Of a stretch of 36,281 nt of DNA, positions 17,656 through 26,888 are shown piece by piece (positions within the stretch are counted from its first letter, which is position 1; each line of letters opens with the position of its first letter). The translations under genes and the position numbers were made by a program. The notes under the pieces are model-generated. The model was not told where the DNA came from. It saw only the letters and a program-made list of their open reading frames with translations, and searched no databases. This stretch comes from an uncultured Clostridia bacterium (GTDB lineage Bacteria > Bacillota > Clostridia > Oscillospirales > Ruminococcaceae): positions 1 through 36,281 of the forward strand of contig CALXIC010000067.1 of assembly GCA_944388265.1 (NCBI GenBank). Reading direction: 5' to 3'.

Positions 17656-18804
17656 TTAAAGCAGGGAACGGTACAGCGCCTTGATTTCTTCCACTGAAGT
17701 GTCGCGCGGATTGCCCGGACGGCAGGCGTCGGCATAAGCGGATTCCGAAAGGAAATCGAGATCTTCTTCTTTGACGATGTCTTTGAGGTTGGCCGGAATG
17801 CCCACATCCTGCGAAAGCTGTTTGACGGCATCGATGGCGGCTTTGCGGTATTCTTCCAGCGTCATGGCGTCCACACCCGAAACACCCATGGCACGGGCGA
17901 TTTCACGGTACTTTTCACCCGTTGCCGGCGCATTGTATTCCATAACGGTGGGCAGGATGATGGCGTTTGCCACGCCGTGCGGGGTATCGTAAAGCGCACC
18001 CAGCGGGTGAGCCATCGAGTGCACAATGCCCAAACCGACATTCGAGAAGCCCATGCCGGCGACATACTGGCCAAGCGCCATGTCAGTACGGCCTTCTTTG
18101 GTGTTGGCAACGGCACCGCGCAGCGAACGGGCGATAATTTCGATCGCTTTGAGGTGGAACATATCCGACAGTTCCCAAGCGCCTTTGGTGATGTAGCCTT
18201 CAATGGCGTGGGTCAGCGCGTCCATACCGGTCGCAGCAGTCAGGCCTTTGGGCATGGTGGCCATCATGTCGGGATCGACGAACGCGACCACCGGAATGTC
18301 TTTCGGGTCTACGCATACCATTTTGCGGTTTTTGGCGGCATCGGTGATGACGTAGTTGATGGTCACTTCCGCAGCAGTACCCGCCGTGGTGGGAACTGCA
18401 AGGATCGGCACCGATTTATGTTTCGTCGGCGCAACCCCTTCCAGCGAAACGACGTCGGCAAAATCCGGGTTGTTGATGATGATGCCGATGGCTTTTGCAG
18501 TGTCCATTGACGAACCGCCGCCGATCGCGATGATGTAGTCGGCACCGGATGCTTTGTAAGCTTCCACACCGGTCTGCACGTTTTCGATGGTGGGGTTGGC
18601 TTTGATGTTGGAATAGAGTTCATACGCCGAACCATTTTGTTCCAGCACATCCAGCACCTTCTGCGTGACGCCGAACTGGATCAAATCCGGGTCGGAGCAG
18701 ACAAAGGCTTTCTGAAAGCCACGGCTGTTGACCTCGTCGGCAATGGCGGCGATTGCCCCTGCACCATGATACGAAGTTTCGTTTAAAATGAATCGATTTG
18801 CCAT
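17656..18804 (-). CDS. fucO: Lactaldehyde reductase / iron-containing alcohol dehydrogenase (1,2-propanediol oxidoreductase)
   Basis: 382 aa, collinear with E. coli FucO from MANRFILNETSYHGAGA through GGGSSMDTAKAIG, PTTAGTAAEVTINYVITD and GLGIVHSMAHPLGA. Confidence 0.9.
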   Translation of the reverse strand: MANRFILNETSYHGAGAIAAIADEVNSRGFQKAFVCSDPDLIQFGVTQKVLDVLEQNGSAYELYSNIKANPTIENVQTGVEAYKASGADYIIAIGGGSSMDTAKAIGIIINNPDFADVVSLEGVAPTKHKSVPILAVPTTAGTAAEVTINYVITDAAKNRKMVCVDPKDIPVVAFVDPDMMATMPKGLTAATGMDALTHAIEGYITKGAWELSDMFHLKAIEIIARSLRGAVANTKEGRTDMALGQYVAGMGFSNVGLGIVHSMAHPLGALYDTPHGVANAIILPTVMEYNAPATGEKYREIARAMGVSGVDAMTLEEYRKAAIDAVKQLSQDVGIPANLKDIVKEEDLDFLSESAYADACRPGNPRDTSVEEIKALYRSLL

Positions 18805-19020
18805 AACAATCTCCCTTTCTATTGTAAAGTTAAAGGAATGCTTGTTTACATTTTAACAATTGACCGTTCAAAAATCAAGCGTTTTCGGACAAATGGATTC
18901 ACAATTTACCGTGTCTGAAAGAATTATAAATATTTTTTCAAAAATAACATTCCTTTGCAATTTGTTCAAAATAATTTGCTATACTGAACACATTGCTCAA
19001 AGAAATGGAGGGGAAAATGG

Positions 19021-19614
19021 ATGGATGCCAAAGTGACGCGCCGATTGGTCAATGTGTGTACGGCAATCGGCATTGTTTTGCTCATCATCTTAGCGGTAGC
19101 GGGCTTTCGCAGCGGGATTTTGACCAACGAAGAAAAATTGCAGGCTTTTTTGGATTCCTGCTATCCGTTTGGGCCGCTGGTCTTTTTGGTGATTCAGGTT
19201 GCTCAAGTGGTGATGTCGTTCATTCCCGGAGGGATTACGCTGGCTGCCGGGGTGGTCTGCTTTGGCCCGTTTGGCGGATTTTTCTTCAATTATTTGGGCA
19301 TTCTATTAGGATCGTGTGTGAACTTTTTTTTGGCGCGCCGTTTTGGAAAGGAATTGGTGCGGGGATTGGTGTCGGACAAGACTTACGAGAAAACCAGTCA
19401 TTGGCTCAATCATCCGAATTTTGACCGCGCTTTTTTTATTGCGATTTTGCTGCCGGGTTTTCCCGACGACTTTTTGTGTTTGGTGGCCGGACTCACGGAG
19501 ATGAAATTTCGGCGCTTTTTGTGGATTTTGCTTTTGGGAAAACCGCTGACCATTGCGGCGTACAGTTTTGGGTTTACCGGGATTCAGGCGGTTTTTGAAA
19601 ATTTTTTGGGCTGA
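19021..19614 (+). CDS. TVP38/TMEM64 (DedA-related) family membrane protein
   Basis: 197 aa. It shows the SNARE_assoc-type pattern (FLVIQVAQVVMSFIPGGITLAAG...FFNYLGILLGSCVNFFLARRFG). GGAGGGG RBS lies 7 nt upstream. Confidence 0.75.
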   Translation: MDAKVTRRLVNVCTAIGIVLLIILAVAGFRSGILTNEEKLQAFLDSCYPFGPLVFLVIQVAQVVMSFIPGGITLAAGVVCFGPFGGFFFNYLGILLGSCVNFFLARRFGKELVRGLVSDKTYEKTSHWLNHPNFDRAFFIAILLPGFPDDFLCLVAGLTEMKFRRFLWILLLGKPLTIAAYSFGFTGIQAVFENFLG

Positions 19615-19684
19615 ATTTGAAAAAATGCTTGTCGAAATTTTGGGGATATGATACAATAAATTTTGTGTGAAAGGGGAAAATGAA

Positions 19685-20230
19685 TTGGGGCTCATTACCA
19701 CTTTTGATTTTATGATACTGGATGCCATTCAGGAGCATCTAAAGTGCGCATTTTTGGATTTTTTGATGCCGCTTGTAACCTTGTTTGGCGAACATGGCAT
19801 CGTGCCGGTGGTACTGGCGCTGATCCTGCTCGCGATCCCGAAGACCAGGAAGGCGGGGATTGCGCTGACGATTGCGCTGATTTTGCAGGTGTTGGTGGTC
19901 AATCTGGGACTCAAACCATTGGTCGGAAGAATCCGTCCTTACGATCAAAATCCGGCGGTTACGCTGCTCGTTTCGCCGCTTTCGGATTATAGCTTTCCTT
20001 CCGGACATACATCCTGCCTGTTTTTGACGGCAGTGGTATTTTCCCATCGTTTCCCCAAAGGCAGTCTCTGGTTTTATCTGACGGCTGCGCTGGTGGGGTT
20101 TTCCCGATTGTATCTTTATGTTCATTTTCCGACCGATGTGCTGACTGGAGCTGTTTTGGGGATTCTTTGCGGTGTCTTGGGTATTTGGTTGGCGGACCGG
20201 TTGGTGAAATGGCGCAGATCGACCAAATAA
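19685..20230 (+). CDS. PAP2 family lipid phosphatase
   Basis: It carries the PAP2 motifs KPLVGRIRP, SFPSGHTS and SRLYLYVHFPTD. The start is uncertain: TTG 19685, GTG 19667 or ATG 19712. Confidence 0.8.
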   Translation: MGLITTFDFMILDAIQEHLKCAFLDFLMPLVTLFGEHGIVPVVLALILLAIPKTRKAGIALTIALILQVLVVNLGLKPLVGRIRPYDQNPAVTLLVSPLSDYSFPSGHTSCLFLTAVVFSHRFPKGSLWFYLTAALVGFSRLYLYVHFPTDVLTGAVLGILCGVLGIWLADRLVKWRRSTK

Positions 20231-20242
20231 AGGAGAAGGTAA

Positions 20243-20722
20243 ATGCTTGATTTTTTCTATTCGAATCCCATTGGGCAGTTTTTGATGACGGTAGGCGTTT
20301 CGATGGTGCCGGTGCTGGAACTTCGCGGCGGTATCCCGTTTGGTGTTGCACTCGGTATGCCGATTCGTGAAGCCTTGATTGCAGCAATCTTGGGGAATTT
20401 CATTCCGGTACCGTTTATCCTGCTGTTCATCCGAAGCATCTTCCACTGGATGAAAAAACGCGGCGGAAAATTTGCCCATCTGGTGGAACGGCTGGAAGCA
20501 CGCGCCCATTTGAAAGGGCAGATGGTGCAAAAGTACAGCGCCATTGGTCTTTGCATTCTGGTGGCGATTCCGCTGCCCGGTACGGGTGCCTGGACGGGTG
20601 CGCTGGTCGCGGCAATTTTGGACATGCAGCTGCGCCGTGCGCTTCCGAGTATCTTTTTGGGCGTCATCATTGCTGCGGTGATCGTGACGATCATCACCTA
20701 TGGGGTAACCGCTCTGGTTTAA
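20243..20722 (+). CDS. Small multidrug-export-like membrane protein (COG2426 family)
   Basis: 159 aa and 4 TM segments. It has ELRGGIPFGVALG and PLPGTGAWTGAL, typical of this family. AAGGAG RBS is present. Confidence 0.55.
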   Translation: MLDFFYSNPIGQFLMTVGVSMVPVLELRGGIPFGVALGMPIREALIAAILGNFIPVPFILLFIRSIFHWMKKRGGKFAHLVERLEARAHLKGQMVQKYSAIGLCILVAIPLPGTGAWTGALVAAILDMQLRRALPSIFLGVIIAAVIVTIITYGVTALV

Positions 20723-20731
20723 GGAATTGAT

Positions 20732-21319
20732 ATGAGTAATTTTTATGCAATGATCCTGCGGATGAAGCATATCGACCGCTGGGGACTGATGCGCAATACC
20801 TGGAAAGAGAATCTGTCGGTGCATGCGCTGGATGTCGCAGTGCTGGTACATGCACTTTGTCTGATTGGGAACGAGCGGTTTGGCAAGCATTACGATGCGG
20901 AGCGTGCCGCCGTTTTGGCGCTCTTTCACGATGCCAGCGAGATTTTGACGGGGGATCTTCCCACGCCGATCAAGTATTACAACCCCGAAATCCGCACGGC
21001 TTATCATCAGGTGGAACGCGTGGCAAACCGTCAGCTGGTGGAGCTTTTGCCCGACGATCTTCAAAAGGCTTACCGTCCGCTCTTTTTGACGGAGGAAGAG
21101 GATCCGGAATTGCTGAAACTTTTGAAGGCGGCAGACCGTTTGTCCGCCATCATCAAATGCATCGAGGAAGAAAACGCCGGCAACCGTGAATTTATGGGGG
21201 CCAAAGAAGCACAGATGCAGGCGCTTACCGAGATGCACCTGCCGGAAGCGGACGTTTTTCTCTCCGAATTTCTCGGGGCGTTTTCCAAAACACTGGATGA
21301 ACAGTCCCATTCTTTGTGA
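20732..21319 (+). CDS. HD-domain 5'-deoxynucleotidase, YfbR-like
   Basis: 195 aa with RWGLMRN...ENLSVHALDVA and LFHDASEILTGDLPTPIKY, typical of YfbR. Confidence 0.8.
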   Translation: MSNFYAMILRMKHIDRWGLMRNTWKENLSVHALDVAVLVHALCLIGNERFGKHYDAERAAVLALFHDASEILTGDLPTPIKYYNPEIRTAYHQVERVANRQLVELLPDDLQKAYRPLFLTEEEDPELLKLLKAADRLSAIIKCIEEENAGNREFMGAKEAQMQALTEMHLPEADVFLSEFLGAFSKTLDEQSHSL

Positions 21320-21325
21320 AAAATA

Positions 21326-21365
21326 CCCGCGGATTTCGCCGTTTTGGTTGAGTATCCGCGGGCTT
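21326..21365 (+). terminator. Weak hairpin terminator candidate
   Basis: CCCGCGGAT (21326..21334) pairs with ATCCGCGGG (21353..21361). The loop is long (18 nt) and the tail is CTTTGTGTT. Confidence 0.35.
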
Positions 21366-21443
21366 TGTGTTATACTAATGAAAAGTATCGGCGGATGCTT
21401 CTGAAAGGGTGCATCCAATTTTCTTGAAAGAAGGAGATCTGCC

Positions 21444-22829
21444 GTGTCCGATCAGCGAAAAATGTTGGAACGAATCTGGCTGTTTTTGATGCGGATGGCG
21501 CTCTTTGTCTGTCTGTTTTTGGCTTTCTTCTGGACCTTTTCCATCGGGTATCCTTGGATTTTGCGCTTGTCCAGAACGGCTGCGGTCACGATGGTGACGT
21601 TTGCCGTAGCGGAAATGTGTTTGCAGAGTATCTACGGCGGATTTGCCGTCGGCAAGCAGCGCAGCAAAGCGATCATCAACAATTTGATTTTGGCAACGGG
21701 GATGACCGACGTCGTCACCTATATTCAGCTGTCCATCATGAATACGAACTCCCGCTTTAATTCGGAGTTTCATTTGGCGAATGCGTGGCTGCTTTTGGCC
21801 TCGTTTTTGCTTCAGCTCTTTATCATCACGATTTTCGCTTATGGCGGAAATGAAATCTATTTTCATTTTACACCGCCGGAAGCCTGTATCATCATTACCA
21901 CTTCGCAGTACAGTTTGAATAAGATTGTGCCCAAAATTAAGCGGTACGGCAAACAGTATCAGATTGTCGATGTGGTGGATTACAGCTCCATTCAGGTGTA
22001 CGACCGGATTTTGGCCTGCGATACCGTTTTCCTTTACGATATCCCGGTGGGGGAACGTGCGCGGTTGATTGAATATTGCTACGACAACCACAAAAACATC
22101 TATTATAATCTGGAACTGTCGGACGTGGTGGCGCTCGGCGCTCAGCACATCATGCTCGAAGATAAATCGCTCATTTGCGCGCCCATTCAGGAGATGCCGC
22201 TCGAACAGCGCTTTTTGAAGCGGGCGATGGATTTGATGCTGTCCATCCCGGCGCTGATTGTGGCAAGCCCGGTGATGCTTGGATGCGTGATTGCCATTAA
22301 GGCGTGCGATCATGGCCCCGTTTTATTTTTGCAGGAACGGGCGACGCGGGACGGCAAAATCTTTCGGGTCTATAAATTCCGCACCATGACGGTGCATGAT
22401 CCGAAAGCTCCTCAGCAGTCGGCCAAAACGAACGATGCCCGCATCACCCCGGTCGGAAAGTATCTGCGTAAATTCCGTTTGGACGAATTGCCCCAGCTCA
22501 TCAATATCATCAAAGGGGAGATGAGCCTGGTGGGTCCGCGTCCGGAAATGATGGAAAACGTCTACCGCTATACCAAACAGCTGCCGCAGTTTGAATACCG
22601 GCTGCGCGTCAAAGCCGGCTTGACCGGTTTGGCGCAGGTGTACGGCAAGTACAATACGTCGCCGAAAGATAAACTGATTCTTGATTTGATTTATATTCAG
22701 AAGTATCATATTTGGCTGGACATCAAATTGCTGATGCAGACGCTGCTCATCTTTTTGAAATCGTCCGACAGTACCGAAGGATTTTCGGAAGAAGAGACGA
22801 TCATCGAATTCAAGCGCTTTGACCATTAA
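21444..22829 (+). CDS. Polyprenyl glycosylphosphotransferase (WbaP/EpsB-like priming sugar transferase)
   Basis: 461 aa. It has an N-terminal TM bundle and a C-terminal Bac_transf domain (KRAMDL...PVLFLQERATRDGKIFRVYKFRTM...DELPQLINIIKGEMSLVGPRP). The start is GTG with an AAGGAG RBS. Confidence 0.85.
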   Translation: MSDQRKMLERIWLFLMRMALFVCLFLAFFWTFSIGYPWILRLSRTAAVTMVTFAVAEMCLQSIYGGFAVGKQRSKAIINNLILATGMTDVVTYIQLSIMNTNSRFNSEFHLANAWLLLASFLLQLFIITIFAYGGNEIYFHFTPPEACIIITTSQYSLNKIVPKIKRYGKQYQIVDVVDYSSIQVYDRILACDTVFLYDIPVGERARLIEYCYDNHKNIYYNLELSDVVALGAQHIMLEDKSLICAPIQEMPLEQRFLKRAMDLMLSIPALIVASPVMLGCVIAIKACDHGPVLFLQERATRDGKIFRVYKFRTMTVHDPKAPQQSAKTNDARITPVGKYLRKFRLDELPQLINIIKGEMSLVGPRPEMMENVYRYTKQLPQFEYRLRVKAGLTGLAQVYGKYNTSPKDKLILDLIYIQKYHIWLDIKLLMQTLLIFLKSSDSTEGFSEEETIIEFKRFDH

Positions 22830-22831
22830 AT

Positions 22832-22870
22832 AAAAATGCCCGATCCTGTGTTTCAGGATCGGGCATTTTT
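22832..22870. terminator. Bidirectional rho-independent terminator
   Basis: The hairpin AAAAATGCCCGATCCTG-TGTTT-CAGGATCGGGCATTTTT lies between two convergent genes. Confidence 0.85.
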
Positions 22871-22886
22871 GATACCGGATTGGGGT

Positions 22887-23927
22887 TCATTCGAACAAAC
22901 ATCCGTTGAATTTGTAAATCTTTCGAGCCAGCCGGTAAAGACCGATGCCCACCATTCGTCCCGATTCTCCGGGGAGAACGGTTGCCGCACTGATGGATCG
23001 GTATTTCATGTGGTGATAGAGCTTCGGATTCTTTTCTTTTAACAGTCTCCAAAGCGCCAGCTTTTTCTGACGGTCCTCCGGCTTTTGGGAAAGCAGGCAG
23101 AGGATGGAGCAGATGGCCACCATCATGGACAGATAATTGAACATGTAGCGGGAGAGTTTCGGCTGGGTCTTTGCCAGTTCTTCGAGATCGCATACATCGA
23201 GCATGATGCGGGTGACCCGAAGCTGCTGATCCACGCGCTTGACCATGACGGCTTCATTGACCGACTGATCCTGCCGGCCGATGAAGTAGCGGTACAGGTC
23301 GATGTCCATGTAATAGATCGATTCCACATAGGGAAGCGGCTGGTAGACAAAGATGTTGTCCACGTAGAAGGTGTGTTTCGGCAGCTTCAGCCCGCTTTCG
23401 CGCAGCAGTTCGGTGCGGTAGACACACGAATGCATCAGCAGGTACTGCGACGGACGGAAGCGTCTGGTATTTTGCCAGGAGAAGATGGTGTTCACCGGGA
23501 AAACATTGCGGTAATTGATCGGTTTGCTGGTACCGTCTTCCACATGTTCATACACGTAGTTGGCAACTACCAGGTCGACCGGTTTTGCCATGTGCGCAAA
23601 GACGAGCAGCTGTTTCATCAATTTCTGAAGCGCATCCAGATCGAGCCAGTCGTCCGAGTCCACGACTTTGTAGTAAAGGCCGGTGGCGTGCGCCAATCCC
23701 TGATTGACCCCTTCGCCGTGGACGCCGTTTTCCTGATGGATGACCCGCACAATATCCGGGTAGATCATGGCGTAGTTATCGGCAATCGCACCGGTTTCAT
23801 CCTTCGAACCGTCGTCCACCAGGATAATTTCCGCCTCTTTGCCTGCGGTGAGCAGGGTATCGATGCAGTGTGCCATGTACGCTGCGGAATTGTAGCACGG
23901 CACAGCAAATGTAATGAGCTTATTCAT
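22887..23927 (-). CDS. Glycosyltransferase family 2 (possibly a galactofuranosyltransferase, by context)
   Basis: 346 aa with the GT-A N-terminus FAVPCYNSAAYMAHCIDTLL...IILVDDGSKDET and a DSDD motif. It lies immediately downstream of glf. Confidence 0.85.
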   Translation of the reverse strand: MNKLITFAVPCYNSAAYMAHCIDTLLTAGKEAEIILVDDGSKDETGAIADNYAMIYPDIVRVIHQENGVHGEGVNQGLAHATGLYYKVVDSDDWLDLDALQKLMKQLLVFAHMAKPVDLVVANYVYEHVEDGTSKPINYRNVFPVNTIFSWQNTRRFRPSQYLLMHSCVYRTELLRESGLKLPKHTFYVDNIFVYQPLPYVESIYYMDIDLYRYFIGRQDQSVNEAVMVKRVDQQLRVTRIMLDVCDLEELAKTQPKLSRYMFNYLSMMVAICSILCLLSQKPEDRQKKLALWRLLKEKNPKLYHHMKYRSISAATVLPGESGRMVGIGLYRLARKIYKFNGCLFE

Positions 23928-23948
23928 AGAAATTCCTTTCGGGTCCTG

Positions 23949-25100
23949 TTATTTTTGCAGTTCTTCGGATAGCGCCAGTGCTTTTTCCACAATGGCGTCC
24001 ATGTTGTAGTATTGGTATTCCGCCAAACGTCCAATCAGGTGCAGTTGTTGAAAATGTTTGGAAACGGCCAGATACCGGTCGTACAGACGGCGGTTTTTCG
24101 GATTGATGATCGCGTAGTAGGGAATGTCCGGCGCCCCGTTGTAGGCTTTGGGATATTCCTTGACGATCGTCGTGGACGGCAGTTTTTGTCCCGAAAAGTA
24201 TTTGAATTCGGTGATGCGGGTATAATCCTGATCGACGGTGTAGTTCACCGTGCCGTGCGACTGATACCATTCCTGCGGATAGGTTTCGAATTCGAATTTC
24301 AGCGAACGGTAGGGCAGCTGTCCAAACCGGCAGTCAAAGAGTTCATCCAGCGCACCGGTGTAGACGACACTTCCTTCGAACGGTTCTCCGTCGACGGTGA
24401 TGGTGGAATGCAGTTCATCAAACTGCAGCACATCTTTGGCGGCGGTGTTTAAGCGCACCGTGATGTTCGGATGGTTTAACATCTTTTCGAACAGCACCGT
24501 GTAGCCCTCTTTTGGGATTCCCTGATACCGGTCCTGGAAATAGCGGTCGTCGCGGGAAAGAAAGACGGGTACGCGCGCGGTGACGCTCGGGTCAATTTCT
24601 TCCGGTTTCAGACCCCACTGCTTCATGGTGTAATATTTGAAGACGTGTTCGTAAACATATTCCGCTACTTCGCGAATTTCCGGTTCAGGATTTTGGCGAA
24701 GATCCAAAATCGTGATTTTGCGGTCGCTTCCGTAAATGTTTTCGAGCATCTCTTCCAGACGGCGGCCCTTTTCTTCGCCGAACGCGAGATAGAGGGACGT
24801 CAAGTTGAACGGAACCGGCATTTCCATATCTCCGATTTTTGCGACAACGCGGTGTTCGTAATCGCGCCATTCGGTGAAGCGGGAAAGAAAGTCATAGACC
24901 GGTTTGCTGTTGGTGTGGAAAATATGCGGACCATATTCATGGATCAGCACACCCGCGTCGTCCAAACGGTCGTAAGCATTGCCGCCGATGTGTCCCCGCT
25001 GTTCCAAAAGCAGAACCTGTTGTCCGTTTTCCGCCAATTTGCGGGCGGTTACTGCGCCTGCAAAACCGGCGCCGATGATGATTGCGTCATAATTATTCAT
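23949..25100 (-). CDS. glf: UDP-galactopyranose mutase
   Basis: 383 aa with YDAIIIGAGFAGAV, GHIGGNAYD and YGPHIFHTN, plus the C-terminal GRLAEYQYYNMD typical of Glf. Confidence 0.93.
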   Translation of the reverse strand: MNNYDAIIIGAGFAGAVTARKLAENGQQVLLLEQRGHIGGNAYDRLDDAGVLIHEYGPHIFHTNSKPVYDFLSRFTEWRDYEHRVVAKIGDMEMPVPFNLTSLYLAFGEEKGRRLEEMLENIYGSDRKITILDLRQNPEPEIREVAEYVYEHVFKYYTMKQWGLKPEEIDPSVTARVPVFLSRDDRYFQDRYQGIPKEGYTVLFEKMLNHPNITVRLNTAAKDVLQFDELHSTITVDGEPFEGSVVYTGALDELFDCRFGQLPYRSLKFEFETYPQEWYQSHGTVNYTVDQDYTRITEFKYFSGQKLPSTTIVKEYPKAYNGAPDIPYYAIINPKNRRLYDRYLAVSKHFQQLHLIGRLAEYQYYNMDAIVEKALALSEELQK

Positions 25101-25341
25101 AGTACATCTACCTTTTCCCCGAAAGAAAATCCTCTTTCGAGCATTCTATATGTACTATTATACCAGAACGGCCATAGGATGAAAAGCCCAAATCCTAAGG
25201 ATTTCCTTAAAATCCCGATTCAGAATTCTGAAAAAATCCAAAAACAACCAAAAGTACCCAAAATGATGCACATTTTTTATTCTTTGCTTCAGAAAGTCTG
25301 GTTAAATAGTCCGCAGAACTTCCCGCGCGCAGTCAGCTTCG

Positions 25342-25370
25342 TTGACTTTTCCACAGAAGTTTGGTAAAAT
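25342..25370 (+). promoter_or_regulatory. Sigma-A type promoter (TTGACT-17 nt-TAAAAT) for the CNNM/HlyC-family gene
   Basis: TTGACT at 25342..25347, a 17-nt spacer, and TAAAAT at 25365..25370. Confidence 0.5.
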
Positions 25371-25399
25371 AGTGAAAATATTTTAATCATTTTTGGTTT

Positions 25400-26704
25400 A
25401 TGAAAAAAAGGGGGAGTTTTACTCTGGACAGTCTGCCTGTGCTACTTTATGTGCTGCCGGTGATTCTGGTGGCCTTTTCCGCGTTTTTTTCCGGAACGGA
25501 AACCGCGGTGTCTTCGGTCAACCGTATTCGTATGAAGAACATGGCCGCGAATGGAGACAGCCGCGCGAAAAAAGTATTGCACGTATCGGATGATTATGAC
25601 CGCACCATCTCGTCGATTTTGATCGGCAACAACATTGTGAACATCGCTTCCGCTTCGGTGGGAACGGTCATCTTTACCTACTGGTTCGGCGCAGCCGGAT
25701 CGGTCATCTCCACCGCGGTGATGACGCTGGTGGTTTTAATTTTCGGGGAGGTACTCCCCAAGGCAATCGCGAAAGAAAATGCGGAAAAATTTGCCTTGGC
25801 GGTGGTCAACACTCTGGAAATTCTCATCAAATTGTTTACCCCGCTTTCCTTTCTGCTGATGCAGATCAAACGGCTGGTTGCCCGCAACAGCGGCGAATCG
25901 ATGCCGAGCGTCACGGAAGGGGAACTCAGAGTATTGATCGAAGAAAGCGAAAATGAAGGCGTGCTGGAAGAACAGGAAAGCGATCTGGTTCGTTCCGCGC
26001 TGGATTTTGACGATACGACGGTTGAAGAAATTTTGACGCCGCGTGTTGATGTGTCCGCACTCGATATCGAAGACGATGTGGCGTCCATTCAGGAATTCTT
26101 CTTTCATACCGGTTATTCCCGCATCCCCGTCTATGAAGAAAACATCGACCATATTTTGGGGATTTTGCACTGCAAAGACTTTTTTGAAGCGCAGGCTGCC
26201 GGCGATACGATGAATTTGCGCAGCATGCTGCGGAAGGTTTTGTATGTGCCGCCGCAGATGCACATTTCGGAACTGCTCAAAAAGATGCAGCAGACCAAGG
26301 CGCAGATGGCGGTTGTTGTCGACTCCTACGGCGGAACGCTTGGGATTGTCACGCTGGAAGACATCATTGAGGAATTGGTCGGCGAAATCTGGGATGAAAG
26401 CGATGAGGAAGAGATCCGCCTGATGCAGATCAGCAAGCATTGCTGGCGGGTTGCCGGTGTCTTGGCGGTCGTGGATTTTCTGGATGAAATTGATTATCAC
26501 TGTCTGGAAAAAGAACGGGACGAGCTTCCGGTATCCTTTGCCGCATGGGCGCTGGATATTTTCAAGCATATTCCCGAAGTCGGCGAACATTTTTGCTGGC
26601 ACGATTTGCAGATGACGGTGCTTTCGGTGTACGAACAGCGCATTCGTTTGATGGAAGTCAAGCAGCTCGATCCGCCCAAAACGGAAGAGGAAGAAGACTC
26701 CTAA
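25400..26704 (+). CDS. HlyC/CorC (CNNM) family membrane protein: DUF21 + CBS pair + CorC_HlyC
   Basis: 434 aa with FFSGTETAVSSVN (DUF21), the CBS-pair region (EILTPRVD...IPVYEENIDHILGIL) and a C-terminal transporter-associated domain. There is no clear RBS at 25400, so the start is uncertain. Confidence 0.85.
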   Translation: MKKRGSFTLDSLPVLLYVLPVILVAFSAFFSGTETAVSSVNRIRMKNMAANGDSRAKKVLHVSDDYDRTISSILIGNNIVNIASASVGTVIFTYWFGAAGSVISTAVMTLVVLIFGEVLPKAIAKENAEKFALAVVNTLEILIKLFTPLSFLLMQIKRLVARNSGESMPSVTEGELRVLIEESENEGVLEEQESDLVRSALDFDDTTVEEILTPRVDVSALDIEDDVASIQEFFFHTGYSRIPVYEENIDHILGILHCKDFFEAQAAGDTMNLRSMLRKVLYVPPQMHISELLKKMQQTKAQMAVVVDSYGGTLGIVTLEDIIEELVGEIWDESDEEEIRLMQISKHCWRVAGVLAVVDFLDEIDYHCLEKERDELPVSFAAWALDIFKHIPEVGEHFCWHDLQMTVLSVYEQRIRLMEVKQLDPPKTEEEEDS

Positions 26705-26715
26705 TAAATGACGAT

Positions 26716-26753
26716 AAAAAAACATCTTCCCTGAGAACAGGGAAGATGTTTTT
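26716..26753. terminator. Bidirectional rho-independent terminator
   Basis: The hairpin AAAAAACATCTTCCCTG-AGAA-CAGGGAAGATGTTTTT. Confidence 0.85.
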
Positions 26754-26770
26754 GTTTGTTTTGATTTTTT

Positions 26771-26887
26771 TTAAAAATACCATTCTTTTAAATAGCCAAG
26801 TGTGACTAAAACAACAAAGGCTAAAATGGAATAAAGAATGATCCGTTTGACGGACGGCTGACCGTTTTTGTTGTTGGAATCCTTCAT
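26771..26887 (-). CDS. 38-aa single-TM micro-protein, translationally coupled to the NERD gene
   Basis: The sequence is MKDSNNKNGQPSVKRIILYSILAFVVLVTLGYLKEWYF. Its ATG is 2 nt after the NERD stop, with GAGGA 7 nt upstream. A terminator follows. Confidence 0.4.
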   Translation of the reverse strand: MKDSNNKNGQPSVKRIILYSILAFVVLVTLGYLKEWYF

Positions 26888-26888
26888 C

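Noticed and set aside
19739-21418. 559-aa minus-strand ORF across four plus-strand genes. Similar antisense ORFs are at 5421..6701, 9813..10739, 13388..14404, 25736..26725, 28041..29153 and 34508..36052.
   Set aside because: Every one is antisense to a well-supported gene, spans gene boundaries, has R/H/Q-rich composition and lacks an RBS.
25101-25341. 240-bp non-coding gap between glf and the CNNM/HlyC-family gene. It contains the dyads AAATCCT-A-AGGATTT (25190..25204) and TTCAGAATTCTGAA (25219..25232), and three AAATCC repeats.
   Set aside because: The region is AT-rich and the repeats are short. Repeat spacing is irregular (20 and 24 nt). The only ORF (MKSPNPKD...) has no RBS. It is probably just divergent promoter DNA.
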